64,000 nt of DNA from Spirochaetia bacterium (GTDB lineage: Bacteria > Spirochaetota > Spirochaetia > SZUA-6 > Bin103): NCBI GenBank assembly GCA_965203055.1, contig OZ241863.1, positions 2,240,001 to 2,304,000 on the forward strand. Direction: 5' to 3'. This document shows, piece after piece, positions 41,623 through 51,506 of this stretch (positions are counted from its first letter, which is position 1; every line of letters begins with the position of its first letter). Below the pieces are notes generated by a model. It was not told the origin of the DNA. It did not search any database and saw only the letters and a program-made list of their open reading frames with translations. The position numbers were made by a program, and so were the translations under genes.

Positions 41623-42642
41623 GTGCAGTATGGGACGCTGGCCGGGGTCGACAAGCCGGTCGCGCGGCTGGTGTGCGGGACCATGGTGGTTACCGATGAG
41701 GAAGCGGCGCGGCCCAAAGGGCCGTGGGGTGACCTCAACCGGGAACGGAGCTTCGCGTTGCTGGATGCGGTCGCGGCGCTGGGGGGCAACGCCTTCGACA
41801 CCGCGCACGTGTACGGCATCGGCGGCGCCGGCGAGACCGGCCTGGGACTGTGGATGGCCGAGCGCGGCAACCGCGAGCGGCTGGTCCTCATCGGCAAGGG
41901 CGGTATCCGGCGTTCGCCGCCGGCGCCCCACAAGGCGATGCCGAGCTTCATCGACGCCGACCTGTTCGAGAGTCTGGCGCGGCTGCAGACCAGCTACGTC
42001 GACCTGTACCTGCTACACTACGACGATCCGACCGCTCCCATCGGCCCGCTGCTGGAGTGCCTCAACGGCCATCTCGCGGCCGGCCGCATCCGCGAGATCG
42101 GCTGCTCCAACATGACCCACCGCAGGTTCGACGAGGCCAACGAGTACGCGGCGCGGCATGGGTTGCGGCCCCTGGCGGCGTCCCAGCCGCAATACTCCCT
42201 GGCCGAGCAGGGCGCGATCTACCTGCCCGGCTCGGTGACCATCTCCGGGCCGCGGCAGCGCGCCGCGCGCGACTGGTATGCCGCCAACCGGATGCCGTTG
42301 ATCCCCTACTCCAGCCTCGGCAGCGGTTTCTTCTCCGGTACGTTGCGGCCCGGCAACTTCGAGCAGGTCAAGGAAGTCATGAACCCCACCGCGCTCCGGG
42401 TGTACGCCTGCCAGCCCAACTTCGAGCGCCTGGCGCGGGTCGCGGCGTTGGCAGAACGGAAGGGGGCGAGCATTGCCCAGGTGGCGCTGGCGTTCCTCCT
42501 TACCGGGCCGCTGAACGTATTTGCCCTTACCGGACCCCGGTCCGGCGCCGAGTTTGCCGACAACGCCGGCGCGCTGGAGCTCGGCCTCAACGCGGAAGAA
42601 CGCGCCTGGCTCGACCTGGAAAGCGCCGAACCGCCCCTCTGA
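41623..42642 (+). CDS. Aldo/keto reductase
   Basis: FDTAHVYG, ESLARLQTSYVDLYLLH, IGCSN, YSSLGSG. Confidence 0.9.
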   Translation: MQYGTLAGVDKPVARLVCGTMVVTDEEAARPKGPWGDLNRERSFALLDAVAALGGNAFDTAHVYGIGGAGETGLGLWMAERGNRERLVLIGKGGIRRSPPAPHKAMPSFIDADLFESLARLQTSYVDLYLLHYDDPTAPIGPLLECLNGHLAAGRIREIGCSNMTHRRFDEANEYAARHGLRPLAASQPQYSLAEQGAIYLPGSVTISGPRQRAARDWYAANRMPLIPYSSLGSGFFSGTLRPGNFEQVKEVMNPTALRVYACQPNFERLARVAALAERKGASIAQVALAFLLTGPLNVFALTGPRSGAEFADNAGALELGLNAEERAWLDLESAEPPL

Positions 42643-42700
42643 CCGTGCAAGCCGGCCTCTACATTGTACAGCGCAGGCGGCTCGCCTACACTCCACGGCC

Positions 42701-43456
42701 ATGAAGCTGCAGGGAAAGTGCGCGCTGGTGACGGGGGGCGCGTCGGGGATCGGCAAGGCGAGCTGTGAGCTGTTCGCCCGCGAGGGCGCCAAGGTGGCGG
42801 TGGTGGACGTGAACGGGCCGGGCGCGGAGGAGACGGCGCACGCCATCGCCGCACGCGGGGGGACTGCGCTGGCGTTGACCGCCGACGTCACCGACGAAGG
42901 GCAGGTGCAGCGCGCGGTGACGCAGGCGGCCGAGCGGTTCGGGCCGATCGACGTACTGCACAACCACGCCGGGCTGCTGCCTCCCAACGACGCCTCGATC
43001 TTCGACATCGACGCCGCCACCATCGATCAGGCGCTGGCGATCAACGTCAAGGGGATGATCCTGGTGGGCAAGCACGTGAGCCGGGTAATGCGCGATGCCG
43101 GGCGCGGCGCCATAGTCAACACCGCCTCCGACCTCTCCTACATCGCCCTGGGCGGGCTCACCACCTACGTCACCTCGAAGAGCGCGATTCCGGGATTGAC
43201 GCGGGTGATGGCCGCCGATCTGGCCGATCACGGCGTGCGCGTCAACGCGGTGGCGCCCGGCTTCGTCTACAGCGGCATGACGGCCGGGTTGCTGGACCAG
43301 CCGGAGGTGCTGGAACCGATGCGGGAAACCTATCTGATCAAGGAGCTGGGCCAGCCGCTCGACGTCGCCAACTGCGTGCTGTTCCTGGCCTCCGACGAGG
43401 CCCGCTTCGTCACCGGCGCGGTGCTCGTGGTCGACGGCGGCCACACCGTCCGCTAG
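42701..43456 (+). CDS. Short-chain dehydrogenase/reductase
   Basis: TGGASGIG, YVTSK, GVRVNAVAPG, VDGG. Confidence 0.92.
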   Translation: MKLQGKCALVTGGASGIGKASCELFAREGAKVAVVDVNGPGAEETAHAIAARGGTALALTADVTDEGQVQRAVTQAAERFGPIDVLHNHAGLLPPNDASIFDIDAATIDQALAINVKGMILVGKHVSRVMRDAGRGAIVNTASDLSYIALGGLTTYVTSKSAIPGLTRVMAADLADHGVRVNAVAPGFVYSGMTAGLLDQPEVLEPMRETYLIKELGQPLDVANCVLFLASDEARFVTGAVLVVDGGHTVR

Positions 43457-43469
43457 CAGTGTCCGCCGA

Positions 43470-44294
43470 ATGCGCGCTGACTGGACGCCGGCCGACGAGC
43501 GGCAGGTACGCGCCCGCTACCCGCGCATGGTGGAGTGCCCGCCGCCCGCGCTTCACGCCCGCATCGAGCTGCTCGGCAGGGCCTGCACGGTGACCGACCT
43601 GAGCCATGAGATCGCGGCGACCAACCCCACCTTCAAGGGCCATCAGCGCACCGTGATGTGGCAACACCTGTCGCACGAGGAGGTGCAGCGGTTCGGCTTG
43701 ACCGAGCCGCCCTACTCCTACGAGGTGGTGGCGTTCACCCTGTGCGGCCACACCTCCACCCATTGCGACTCGATCAGCCACGTGGTGCCGGAGCAGGGCG
43801 CCCGGACGATCGACCGGAGCCCCTTGCAGTGGCACTTCGCGCCGGGGCTGTGGCTCGACTTCCGCGCCAAGGAACCGAACTCCTACATCACCCGCGCCGA
43901 CCTGGAAGCGCAGCTCGCCGAGTTGCGCCTGGAGATCAAGCCGAACTCGGTGCTGCTCTACGCCACCGGTTGGAGCGACAAGTGGGCCGGCGATCCCAAC
44001 GACTACATAACCGGCTACCCCGGGCTCGACGCCGAGGCCAGCCAGTTCCTGGCCGACGCCGGCGTGATCGCCTTCGGCGCCGACGCGCCGAGCGTCGATT
44101 CCTACCACGAAGTGGCGGTGCGCCGCGTGCAGCCGGCGCACATGACGTGCCGGGAACGCGGCATCCTCAACCTCGAGAACCTGGCCAACGTGCACTGCAT
44201 TCCCAAGCGCGCCTTCACCTTCATCGGCCTGCCGCTGAAGATCAGGAACGGCGCCGGCTCGCCGCTGCGCGCCGTGGCGGTCACCGAGGATTGA
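43470..44294 (+). CDS. Cyclase-family metal-dependent hydrolase (KynB-like fold)
   Basis: HTSTHCD, GADAPSVD, LENLAN, PLKIRNGAGSPLRA. Confidence 0.88.
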   Translation: MRADWTPADERQVRARYPRMVECPPPALHARIELLGRACTVTDLSHEIAATNPTFKGHQRTVMWQHLSHEEVQRFGLTEPPYSYEVVAFTLCGHTSTHCDSISHVVPEQGARTIDRSPLQWHFAPGLWLDFRAKEPNSYITRADLEAQLAELRLEIKPNSVLLYATGWSDKWAGDPNDYITGYPGLDAEASQFLADAGVIAFGADAPSVDSYHEVAVRRVQPAHMTCRERGILNLENLANVHCIPKRAFTFIGLPLKIRNGAGSPLRAVAVTED

Positions 44295-44299
44295 CGGCA

Positions 44300-45361
44300 A
44301 TGCAGGCGCTGGTGCTGACCGCCCCCAACCGGTTCTCGGTGACCGAGGTACCGCGCCCCGTACCGGGCCGCGAGGACGTGCTGGTGCGGGTGGATACGAC
44401 CTGCATCTGCGGTACCGATCCGCACATCATCGCCGGCGACTTCCCCGGCTTCTGGCCCAGGTCCTATCCCTTCGTCCCCGGCCACGAGTGGTCCGGCACC
44501 GTGACCGCGGCCGGGGAGGTGGCGGCCGGTCTCGGCTACCGCGCCGGCGACCGCGTGTGCGCCACCTCGCATTGCGGCTGCGGGTTCTGCCGCATGTGCC
44601 TGACCGGTCGCTACAACCTGTGCCTGAACTACGGCAACGAAGCGGTCGGCCACCGCCAGTACGGGCACTACACCGCGGGCGGCTACGCCGAGTACGTGGC
44701 CGCCAGCGTCAAGAGCGTGCACCGCATCCCCGACCAGCTCCCGCTGGCCTGCGCCGCGGCCATCGATCCGCTGTCGATCGCGCTGTACACCGTCAAGCGC
44801 ACGCGCCTGCAGCCGGGCGCCGACCTGGTCATCCTGGGCACCGGCCCGCAGGGCCTGCTGGCGATTCTGTGCGCCGCCGCGCTCGGCGCCGGGCGCATCA
44901 TCGCCGCCGGCAGCGGCGCGCGCCTGCAGCGGGCGCGGGACCTGGGGGCAGTCGGCATCGACTACCGCACGGCAGACGTGGTGGCCGAAGTGCGCCGGCT
45001 CACCGGCGGACTCGGGGCGCCGCACGTGGTGGAGTGCGCCGGCACTGCGGCCGCGTTCCGCCAAGCCTGCGAGCTGGCGGCCAAGGGCGGCGTGATCTCG
45101 GCGATCGGCCTGCCGGCGGAGGACGCCGCGGTACCGGTGCGGCGCCTGGTGCTGGACGAAGTGGAGATCCGCGGCGGGCGCGCCAACCCCAACACCGCCG
45201 CGGAGGCGCTGGCGCTGGTGGTCAACGGGCGCATCGACCTGGCGCCGTTGTTCACCCACCGCTTCGCGCTGCGCGACTTCGCCGAGGCGCTGCGCACCTT
45301 CACCGGCCGGATCGACGGCGCCATCAAGGTGGCGGTCTGCCCCGCGCTCGGCGGCGCTTGA
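44300..45361 (+). CDS. Zn-dependent alcohol/polyol dehydrogenase
   Basis: ICGTD, GHE, CGFCRMC...C, GTGPQG. Confidence 0.92.
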   Translation: MQALVLTAPNRFSVTEVPRPVPGREDVLVRVDTTCICGTDPHIIAGDFPGFWPRSYPFVPGHEWSGTVTAAGEVAAGLGYRAGDRVCATSHCGCGFCRMCLTGRYNLCLNYGNEAVGHRQYGHYTAGGYAEYVAASVKSVHRIPDQLPLACAAAIDPLSIALYTVKRTRLQPGADLVILGTGPQGLLAILCAAALGAGRIIAAGSGARLQRARDLGAVGIDYRTADVVAEVRRLTGGLGAPHVVECAGTAAAFRQACELAAKGGVISAIGLPAEDAAVPVRRLVLDEVEIRGGRANPNTAAEALALVVNGRIDLAPLFTHRFALRDFAEALRTFTGRIDGAIKVAVCPALGGA

Positions 45362-45400
45362 CCGCGGCGGCCGGGTTCCGTACTTTCCTGCGCTACTGCC

Positions 45401-46453
45401 ATGGCATTCGAATCACGGGTCTACGCACTGCGGATCGAACCGCACCCCAACGCCGACCGCCTGGAACTGGCCGCCATCGGCGGCTTCCGCTGCGTGGTCG
45501 GCAAGGACAGCTTCGTCGACGGCGACCTGGCCGCCTACATCCCGGAAGGCGCCGTCTGCCCCGAGTGGCTGATCACCGAGCTGGGGCTGGAAGGCAAGCT
45601 GGCCGGCAGCAAGAAGAACCGCGTCAAGGCGGTGCAACTGCGCGGCGCGCTGTCGCAGGGTCTGGTGTACCCGGTCCGCGACGGGATGATTCGCGGGCGC
45701 CCGGTCAGCGCCGGCGACGAGGTGACGGAGCTGCTGGAGCTGGTCAAGTACGAGCCGCCGATCCCCATCTCCATGCAGGGCGAGGTGCAGGCGGCGCACG
45801 GCGCGACCATCCACTATGACATCGAGGACTTCAAGAAGTACCCGCAGGAGTTCCGCGACGGGGAACCGGTGATGGTCACCGAGAAGCTGCACGGCACCTG
45901 GTGCTGCCTGGGCTGGCACCCCGACCACGGCCCGATCGTCACCTCCAAGGGCATGTCGGACAAGGGCTTGGCGCTGCGGCTCAACGACGCCAACGAAGGC
46001 AACCTGTACGTGCGCACCTGGGCCGCGCACCGGGAGGCGTTCGAGGCGGCGCGCGCCCGCGTGGCCGGCGGCGGTGAGCCGTGCTACGTCCTGGGGGAGG
46101 TGTATGGGCGCGGCGTGCAGGACCTGCACTACGGCCAACCCAACCCGTCGTTCGCGGTGTTCGATGCCTACGTGGGCGAACCGGGCATGGGCCGCTACCT
46201 GAGCCCGGATGAACTGGCCGAGTCGCTGAGCGATCTGTTTCCGCTGGTGCCGGCGCTCTACCGGGGGCCGTTCAGCCTGGCAAAGCTGCAGGAGCTGACC
46301 GACGGCGCCACTACCCTGGGCGGCGCGCACGTGCGCGAAGGCGTGGTGGTCAGGCCGGCCGCCGAACGGGTGTCGTCCGAGTTCGGGCGGGTGATTCTGA
46401 AGAGCGTCTCCGGCAAGTATCTGACCCGCAAGGGCGGAACCGAGTTCAACTGA
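45401..46453 (+). CDS. ATP-dependent RNA ligase, DRB0094-type
   Basis: N-terminal IEPHPNADRLEL...LRGALSQGL module; motif I TEKLHG, LGEVYG, AVFD, REGVVVR, LKSVS. Confidence 0.9.
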   Translation: MAFESRVYALRIEPHPNADRLELAAIGGFRCVVGKDSFVDGDLAAYIPEGAVCPEWLITELGLEGKLAGSKKNRVKAVQLRGALSQGLVYPVRDGMIRGRPVSAGDEVTELLELVKYEPPIPISMQGEVQAAHGATIHYDIEDFKKYPQEFRDGEPVMVTEKLHGTWCCLGWHPDHGPIVTSKGMSDKGLALRLNDANEGNLYVRTWAAHREAFEAARARVAGGGEPCYVLGEVYGRGVQDLHYGQPNPSFAVFDAYVGEPGMGRYLSPDELAESLSDLFPLVPALYRGPFSLAKLQELTDGATTLGGAHVREGVVVRPAAERVSSEFGRVILKSVSGKYLTRKGGTEFN

Positions 46454-46514
46454 CCTCCGTTCGCGGCCGGGAGCCCGGCCCCGGCTTCCCCCGGCGGCTG
46501 GCCGGCGGGCGGCT

Positions 46515-46724
46515 TCAGTGCTCGGCTTCCCGGTCCTGCCAGCCCCGCGCCAGGGTTCGCGTCCGGGCGGCGTCGTCCAGTACGCGGGCGCATGACTCCC
46601 AGTCGACGGGGCTGACTTCGCGGTAGCGCAGCTCGAAGGGGTGCTGCCGCGGCCTCGACGAGAATACGTACCGTGGTCCTGGAATCTGCGCGACAATTCC
46701 AGCCGGAGACCAATCCCGAACCAA
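46515..46724 (-). CDS. Small hypothetical protein downstream of hipA
   Basis: TTG start preceded by GAGGAGG; 69 aa; no motif recognised. Confidence 0.35.
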   Translation of the reverse strand: MVRDWSPAGIVAQIPGPRYVFSSRPRQHPFELRYREVSPVDWESCARVLDDAARTRTLARGWQDREAEH

Positions 46725-46763
46725 CTTTCCTCCTCGCTCGATGAGTCTGACCTGACTTGACGG

Positions 46764-48065
46764 TCAGACGATAAGATCGGTTCGGTGGGCGGCGGCCAGG
46801 CGGCGGGCGGCGGCGGCCGGCACCCCCGCCAGCGCGGCGAACTCGGGCCAGCGCCGCACGGCGTCCCGGACCTGACGGAGGATGTCGGCGGCGCGGCCCC
46901 GACGCATGGCGGCGTTGCGGGCGCAGGCCGCGAAGTCGCCGGCGGCGAAGCCTTCGCGTTTGCCGTTCAGCGACATCTGGTGCGCGCCGGTCCATCGCCC
47001 GGCGGGATTGTAGCTGTAGGTAAGGTCGAACGCCGGCGCCAGCGACCAGCGTCCCGACCGATCCATCAGGAAGGCGATGTTCTTGACGTGATCATCCTGA
47101 TTGCGCGCCACGACATTGAACGCCATGCGCCGAAACTGCTCTTCCACCGCCGGCTTGCCGAGGCCCAGTCGCTGAATCACGCCGAGCGCCTGCTCGTAGG
47201 AGTTTGCGCCGGGTTGATTGAAGTCGTAGTGGGCCAACGCGCCCAGTGACTGCATGTGAATCTTGTCGCCCGCGGGCGTGCGGTCGAACCGGCGGGTCAT
47301 GAAGTGATTGCGCCCGCCCTCGCGCAGGATGCGGCACTCGGCCATGGTGATGCCCGCGGCCTGCGCCATGATGTGATAGGCGTATTCGATCAGCCCATAG
47401 CCCTGCGGATCATCGAGCTCGCGGTCGCGGTTGCCCGCTACGCCGTCGAACTTCAGGAGCCAGTAGGAAAACCCGTCGCCGGCGGCGATCTGCCCGGAGC
47501 GCACCGCGCCGGTGGCGGGGTTCCAGGCGATGATCGCCTTGGCGCGGGCGCCGCCGGCCGACGTGCCCACGCGCAGGATGCTCTGCAGCGCCTGCTGCCG
47601 CTGCGGGGTCCGGAGCGATCCGGTGAGCGCACCGCGGTGGTCGAGTATCTCGCCGGCCAGCTCGACCAGGGCGGCCACCTCCACCGCGGACTGGCGGTAC
47701 TCCGGCCCGGTGGCGGGGACGAACTCCAGCGCCCCCATGCCGCGCACGCCGACGTAGCAGAGCCGTTCCACCGAGTTGAAGTCGCCGGGGATGCGGCCCT
47801 GCGCGGCCAGCCAAGCGTCGATGACGGCATTTCCGAACCGGTCCGGGAGCGAGTCGGCCAGCAGTCCCGGCAGCCCGTGGAACGTCTCCTGCGCCAGTGC
47901 CGGGAAGGAGTAGATGGCAGTGCCCAGAGGCATGGTGAGCGGGGCAACCTGCCGTCCGCTGCGCAGGAACGACGAGTTGTACTCGAAGTTGGCACTGCCG
48001 CGGCCGTCATCCCAGCTCACCGCGCCGATAGTGGTTCCCCACAGTTTCACTTCGGCCACGGTCAT
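46764..48065 (-). CDS. hipA: HipA-family toxin kinase
   Basis: DSLPDRFG, GTSAGGARAK, WLLKFD, RRFDR, NQDDHVKN, LAPAFD. Confidence 0.93.
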   Translation of the reverse strand: MTVAEVKLWGTTIGAVSWDDGRGSANFEYNSSFLRSGRQVAPLTMPLGTAIYSFPALAQETFHGLPGLLADSLPDRFGNAVIDAWLAAQGRIPGDFNSVERLCYVGVRGMGALEFVPATGPEYRQSAVEVAALVELAGEILDHRGALTGSLRTPQRQQALQSILRVGTSAGGARAKAIIAWNPATGAVRSGQIAAGDGFSYWLLKFDGVAGNRDRELDDPQGYGLIEYAYHIMAQAAGITMAECRILREGGRNHFMTRRFDRTPAGDKIHMQSLGALAHYDFNQPGANSYEQALGVIQRLGLGKPAVEEQFRRMAFNVVARNQDDHVKNIAFLMDRSGRWSLAPAFDLTYSYNPAGRWTGAHQMSLNGKREGFAAGDFAACARNAAMRRGRAADILRQVRDAVRRWPEFAALAGVPAAAARRLAAAHRTDLIV

Positions 48066-48418
48066 GGTTCATCGCCCCAGGTCCACGTGCCGGGCGTCTC
48101 GCGGATGACGGTGGTGGCAGGCGACGAAGCGCGCTGGCGCAGCTTGCCGGCCATTCTGAGCTGCTGAATCGGGCTGGGGGCCGGCTCGGGCACGAGCAGG
48201 TCGAGATAGTCGAGCAGCCGGAGGGCGCGCAGGATCCGAATCAGGCTCGAAGCCTGGCACGACTTGCCCTGCTCCAGGCGCTGCACGGTCGGCGCCGACA
48301 CCCCGGCCTCAACGGCGAGCGCCGCCTGGGTAAGGTTGCGGTTCAACCGCTGGCGGGCAAGGCGGTTGCCAAGCTCCTGCATTGCGGCAGTATCGGAGGT
48401 ATGGTGGGTGATCGTCAT
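48062..48418 (-). CDS. HipB-like XRE HTH antitoxin
   Basis: RLNRNLTQAALAVEAGVSAPTVQRLEQG; stop overlaps the hipA ATG. Confidence 0.88.
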   Translation of the reverse strand: MTITHHTSDTAAMQELGNRLARQRLNRNLTQAALAVEAGVSAPTVQRLEQGKSCQASSLIRILRALRLLDYLDLLVPEPAPSPIQQLRMAGKLRQRASSPATTVIRETPGTWTWGDEP

Positions 48419-48532
48419 TATAAGATCCCTGTTTTGATTTCTTACGCGACATTTCGCCAAGCAATCAATCAAATATAGTGGCTTGCAAGGTAATCTCAAA
48501 CCGTGAAATGGTCAACGTCCGATCGGGCGCGT

Positions 48533-48554
48533 TATACATCTAATTTGATGTATA
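48533..48554. promoter_or_regulatory. Inverted repeat TATACATC-N6-GATGTATA, candidate operator
   Basis: Perfect 8-bp arms in the AT-rich region upstream of hipBA. Confidence 0.55.
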
Positions 48555-48683
48555 TTGCCTAATTTCAGCCATTGCACATCACCTTCGATTAGTTAATTGG
48601 AGATCGGCGCCGGGCAGGCGAGCTGCCGCCGGCGGCGCCAGGCCCGGCGCCGCCGGCGTCCTGCCCGGCGCCGCGCTTGGCGT

Positions 48684-49841
48684 TTACTCGTCGTCTCCGG
48701 TCAGGATCTCGAGGTACTCGTGGTAGGCGTAGGCGCGGCCGCGGCGGTTGCCGGTGATCTCGCGCAGTACGCCCAGGCTCTCGAGCAGGGCGATCGCCTT
48801 GCGAGTCGGAGGCGGGGTGAGGTCGAGCAGCTCGCACGCCCGGGGAACGGTCACCACCGGGCTGGCCGGAAGGCACTCCAGCAGCCGGATGGCGGCAACG
48901 GTCGGGCGGTCGTGGGCGATGATGCGGCGGCGGTGGCGCTCGACCAGGGCATACAGTTCCCGCGCGGCGCGGACGCCGTCGTCGGCCGCCTCGCGCACGC
49001 ATGCCAGAAAGAATGCGGTCCAGCCCTCCCAGTCGCCGCCGGTGCGCACCGCGTCCAGCCGCGCGTAGTATTCCGCCTGGGCGCGGCGGAACGCCAGGCT
49101 GAGGTAGAGCAGCGGCTGGTCGAGCAACCGCCAATGCTCGATGAGCAGCGCGATCAGCAGCCGGCCAATGCGGCCGTTGCCGTCCAGGAACGGGTGGATC
49201 GTCTCGAACTGCACGTGCGCGAGTCCAGCGCGCACCAACGGCGGCAAACCGCAATCGGCGTGCCACCAGCGCTCCAGCGCCGCCAGCGCGTCCGGCACCT
49301 CTTCCGGCGGCGGAGGTACGAACCGGGCGTTGCCGGGCCGGCTGCCGCCGATCCAGTTCTGCGAGCGGCGCAGCTCGCCCGGCTGCTTGTCCGCGCCGCG
49401 CGCTCCGCTCATGAGGAGGCGGTGCGCGTCGCGCAGCAGGCGGATGCTGAGCGGCAGGCCGTTCGGGTCGGCGAGCTGCTCGCGGGCGTAGGTGAGGGCT
49501 GCCACGTAGTTGACGACCTCCTGCACGTCGTCAGGGCGGTCGGCGCGAGCGGTCCTCTCGTAGGTAACGGCGTCCCGGAGCGTGGCCTGCGTCCCCTCGA
49601 TCCGCGAAGTGACGACCGCCTCCTTCCGCACGAACCCGTAGAGGAACCAGTCGGTGTCCGGCACCATCGCGCCCGCAACCGCCAGGCGGGACAGCGCGTG
49701 CTGCGCGCCGGCGTGGAGCTCCGCCATCGGCCCGTCCAGCGCCAGGGGAGGCTCCCGCGGCGGCAGCGGGCAGGGAACGAACGCGCGAACCTGCTCTCCC
49801 AGGGTGCTGGTGATGCGGTATCGACCGGTTCGGCGCTCCAC
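48684..49841 (-). CDS. Fic-family protein with C-terminal HTH
   Basis: Canonical HPFLDGNGRIGR; N-terminal TSRIEG. Confidence 0.93.
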   Translation of the reverse strand: MERRTGRYRITSTLGEQVRAFVPCPLPPREPPLALDGPMAELHAGAQHALSRLAVAGAMVPDTDWFLYGFVRKEAVVTSRIEGTQATLRDAVTYERTARADRPDDVQEVVNYVAALTYAREQLADPNGLPLSIRLLRDAHRLLMSGARGADKQPGELRRSQNWIGGSRPGNARFVPPPPEEVPDALAALERWWHADCGLPPLVRAGLAHVQFETIHPFLDGNGRIGRLLIALLIEHWRLLDQPLLYLSLAFRRAQAEYYARLDAVRTGGDWEGWTAFFLACVREAADDGVRAARELYALVERHRRRIIAHDRPTVAAIRLLECLPASPVVTVPRACELLDLTPPPTRKAIALLESLGVLREITGNRRGRAYAYHEYLEILTGDDE

Positions 49842-49912
49842 GCTGAGTATCTATAAGCAACGATCGTTTCTTTATCAAGGAGGATAAGAAACAATCGTTT
49901 CCCAAGCGGTCG

Positions 49913-50695
49913 TCAGCCGCGGCCGATGTAGGGCATCCTGGTGGCCATCACCGTGAGAAAGGGAACGTTGGCATCGAGCGGCAGGCGCGCCATGTAGAGC
50001 ACCGCGTCGGCAACGTGCTGCACGTCCATGGTCGGCTCCACCATGGTGGTGCCGTTGGCCTGCGCCACGCCCTCGGACATTCGCTCCGTCATCGGCGTAG
50101 CGGCGTTGCCGATGTCGATCTGGCCGCAGGTAATGTCGAAGGGGCGGCCGTCGAGGGCGGTCGACCTGGTAAGTCCGGTGATGGCGTGCTTGGTGGCGGT
50201 GTAGGGCGCCGAGTCGGGCCGCGGCACGTGGGCCGAGATGGAACCGTTGTTGATGATCCGCCCGCCTGCCGGCCGCTGCGCCTTCATGACCTTGAACGCC
50301 TCTTGGGTGCAGAGAAAGGAACCGGTCAGGTTGGTGTCCACCACCTGTTGCCAGTCCTGCAGACTGAGTTCCTCCAGCGGCACCTTCGGCGCGCCCATCC
50401 CGGCGTTGTTGAATACCAGGTCCACGCGGCCGAACGCGCCGCGCGCGGCGGCGAACAGCGCCCGGACCGAAGCCTGGTCGGCGACGTCCGTCGGCACGAC
50501 CAGCGTTCGGGCCGGCGGCCGCGGCGGGCCGGAAGCCGCCGCCGCCGTCAGCTCCGCAGTCTCCTCCAGCGCCGGGCGGCGGCGCCCGGCCAGGACTACG
50601 GCGTAGCCGTTGGCATGCAGGGTAACCGCAGCCGCCCGCCCCACGCCGCTGCCGGCGCCGGTCACTACCGCCACTCTCATCACAGCCTCCGCCAC
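49913..50695 (-). CDS. Short-chain dehydrogenase/reductase
   Basis: [26 protein letters not shown]. Confidence 0.92.
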   Translation of the reverse strand: MAEAVMRVAVVTGAGSGVGRAAAVTLHANGYAVVLAGRRRPALEETAELTAAAASGPPRPPARTLVVPTDVADQASVRALFAAARGAFGRVDLVFNNAGMGAPKVPLEELSLQDWQQVVDTNLTGSFLCTQEAFKVMKAQRPAGGRIINNGSISAHVPRPDSAPYTATKHAITGLTRSTALDGRPFDITCGQIDIGNAATPMTERMSEGVAQANGTTMVEPTMDVQHVADAVLYMARLPLDANVPFLTVMATRMPYIGRG

Positions 50696-50716
50696 GTTTG
50701 CCGGTCTCCCGGCCCG

Positions 50717-51403
50717 CTACGATGGTTCCTCGACGCGGACGTAGCGCGCGAGTTCCTGGGAGATGGTCACCGCGTCCTGCGCGTTTTGCGCGTCCTCGCG
50801 CTCCACGATCACCTCTTCATCGGTCACGCTGGTCAACTTGATCGCCACGCCGGGCAGCAGCCGATTTTCGTGCAGCAGTTGCATCAGAGCGGAGTTCTCC
50901 TCCGCCTCCTCGGTGATACGCAGAATCCGGGTGGCCTCACCCGCCTCCACGTCCGACAGCCGCCGGGCATCCAACAGCCGCCGCTCGTCGCGGGAGCCGG
51001 GGAACGGATTGCCGTGCGGGCAGGTCGTGGGCCGCCCCAGCCGCTCGAACAGGTGCGCTTCCAGGCGCGGCGACAGCGAGTGCTCCAACCGGTCAGCCTC
51101 TTCGTCGACGTTCACCCAGTCGAATCCCAATTCGTCGACCAGCAGCCGCTCCAGCAGGTAATGCCGCCGGATGATGCGCTCCGCCTGACTGCGCCCGCGC
51201 GGCGTCAACCGCATTCCGTCGTCGGGATCGAGCACCGCCAGGCCGTGTTGCGCCAGCCGCTTCATCCCCTGGGTGACCGCCGGCGGCGACACCCCCATGC
51301 GCTCGGCGATGCGCGCGCCGACAACCGGCCGGCCTTCGCGCAGCAGCAGGTAGAGTTGGACGAGGTATTCGTTTTCGGTAGCGGAGGAGCGCGTCGCAGT
51401 CAC
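50717..51403 (-). CDS. DtxR/MntR-family metal-dependent regulator with FeoA-like domain
   Basis: NEYL, RRHYLLE, EEADRLEH, CPHGNPFP; GTG 51403 chosen, TTGACC-N18-TATCAT upstream. Confidence 0.9.
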   Translation of the reverse strand: MTATRSSATENEYLVQLYLLLREGRPVVGARIAERMGVSPPAVTQGMKRLAQHGLAVLDPDDGMRLTPRGRSQAERIIRRHYLLERLLVDELGFDWVNVDEEADRLEHSLSPRLEAHLFERLGRPTTCPHGNPFPGSRDERRLLDARRLSDVEAGEATRILRITEEAEENSALMQLLHENRLLPGVAIKLTSVTDEEVIVEREDAQNAQDAVTISQELARYVRVEEPS

Positions 51404-51506
51404 AGCAGCAGTACCAGTCAACCGGCCCGGATGATAGACCGCCTCCGCCGCCCCGGTCAAGGAACCGGGCGCGCGCGCCCGCCGGTACGGCCGGTTCGTT
51501 CGCTCG

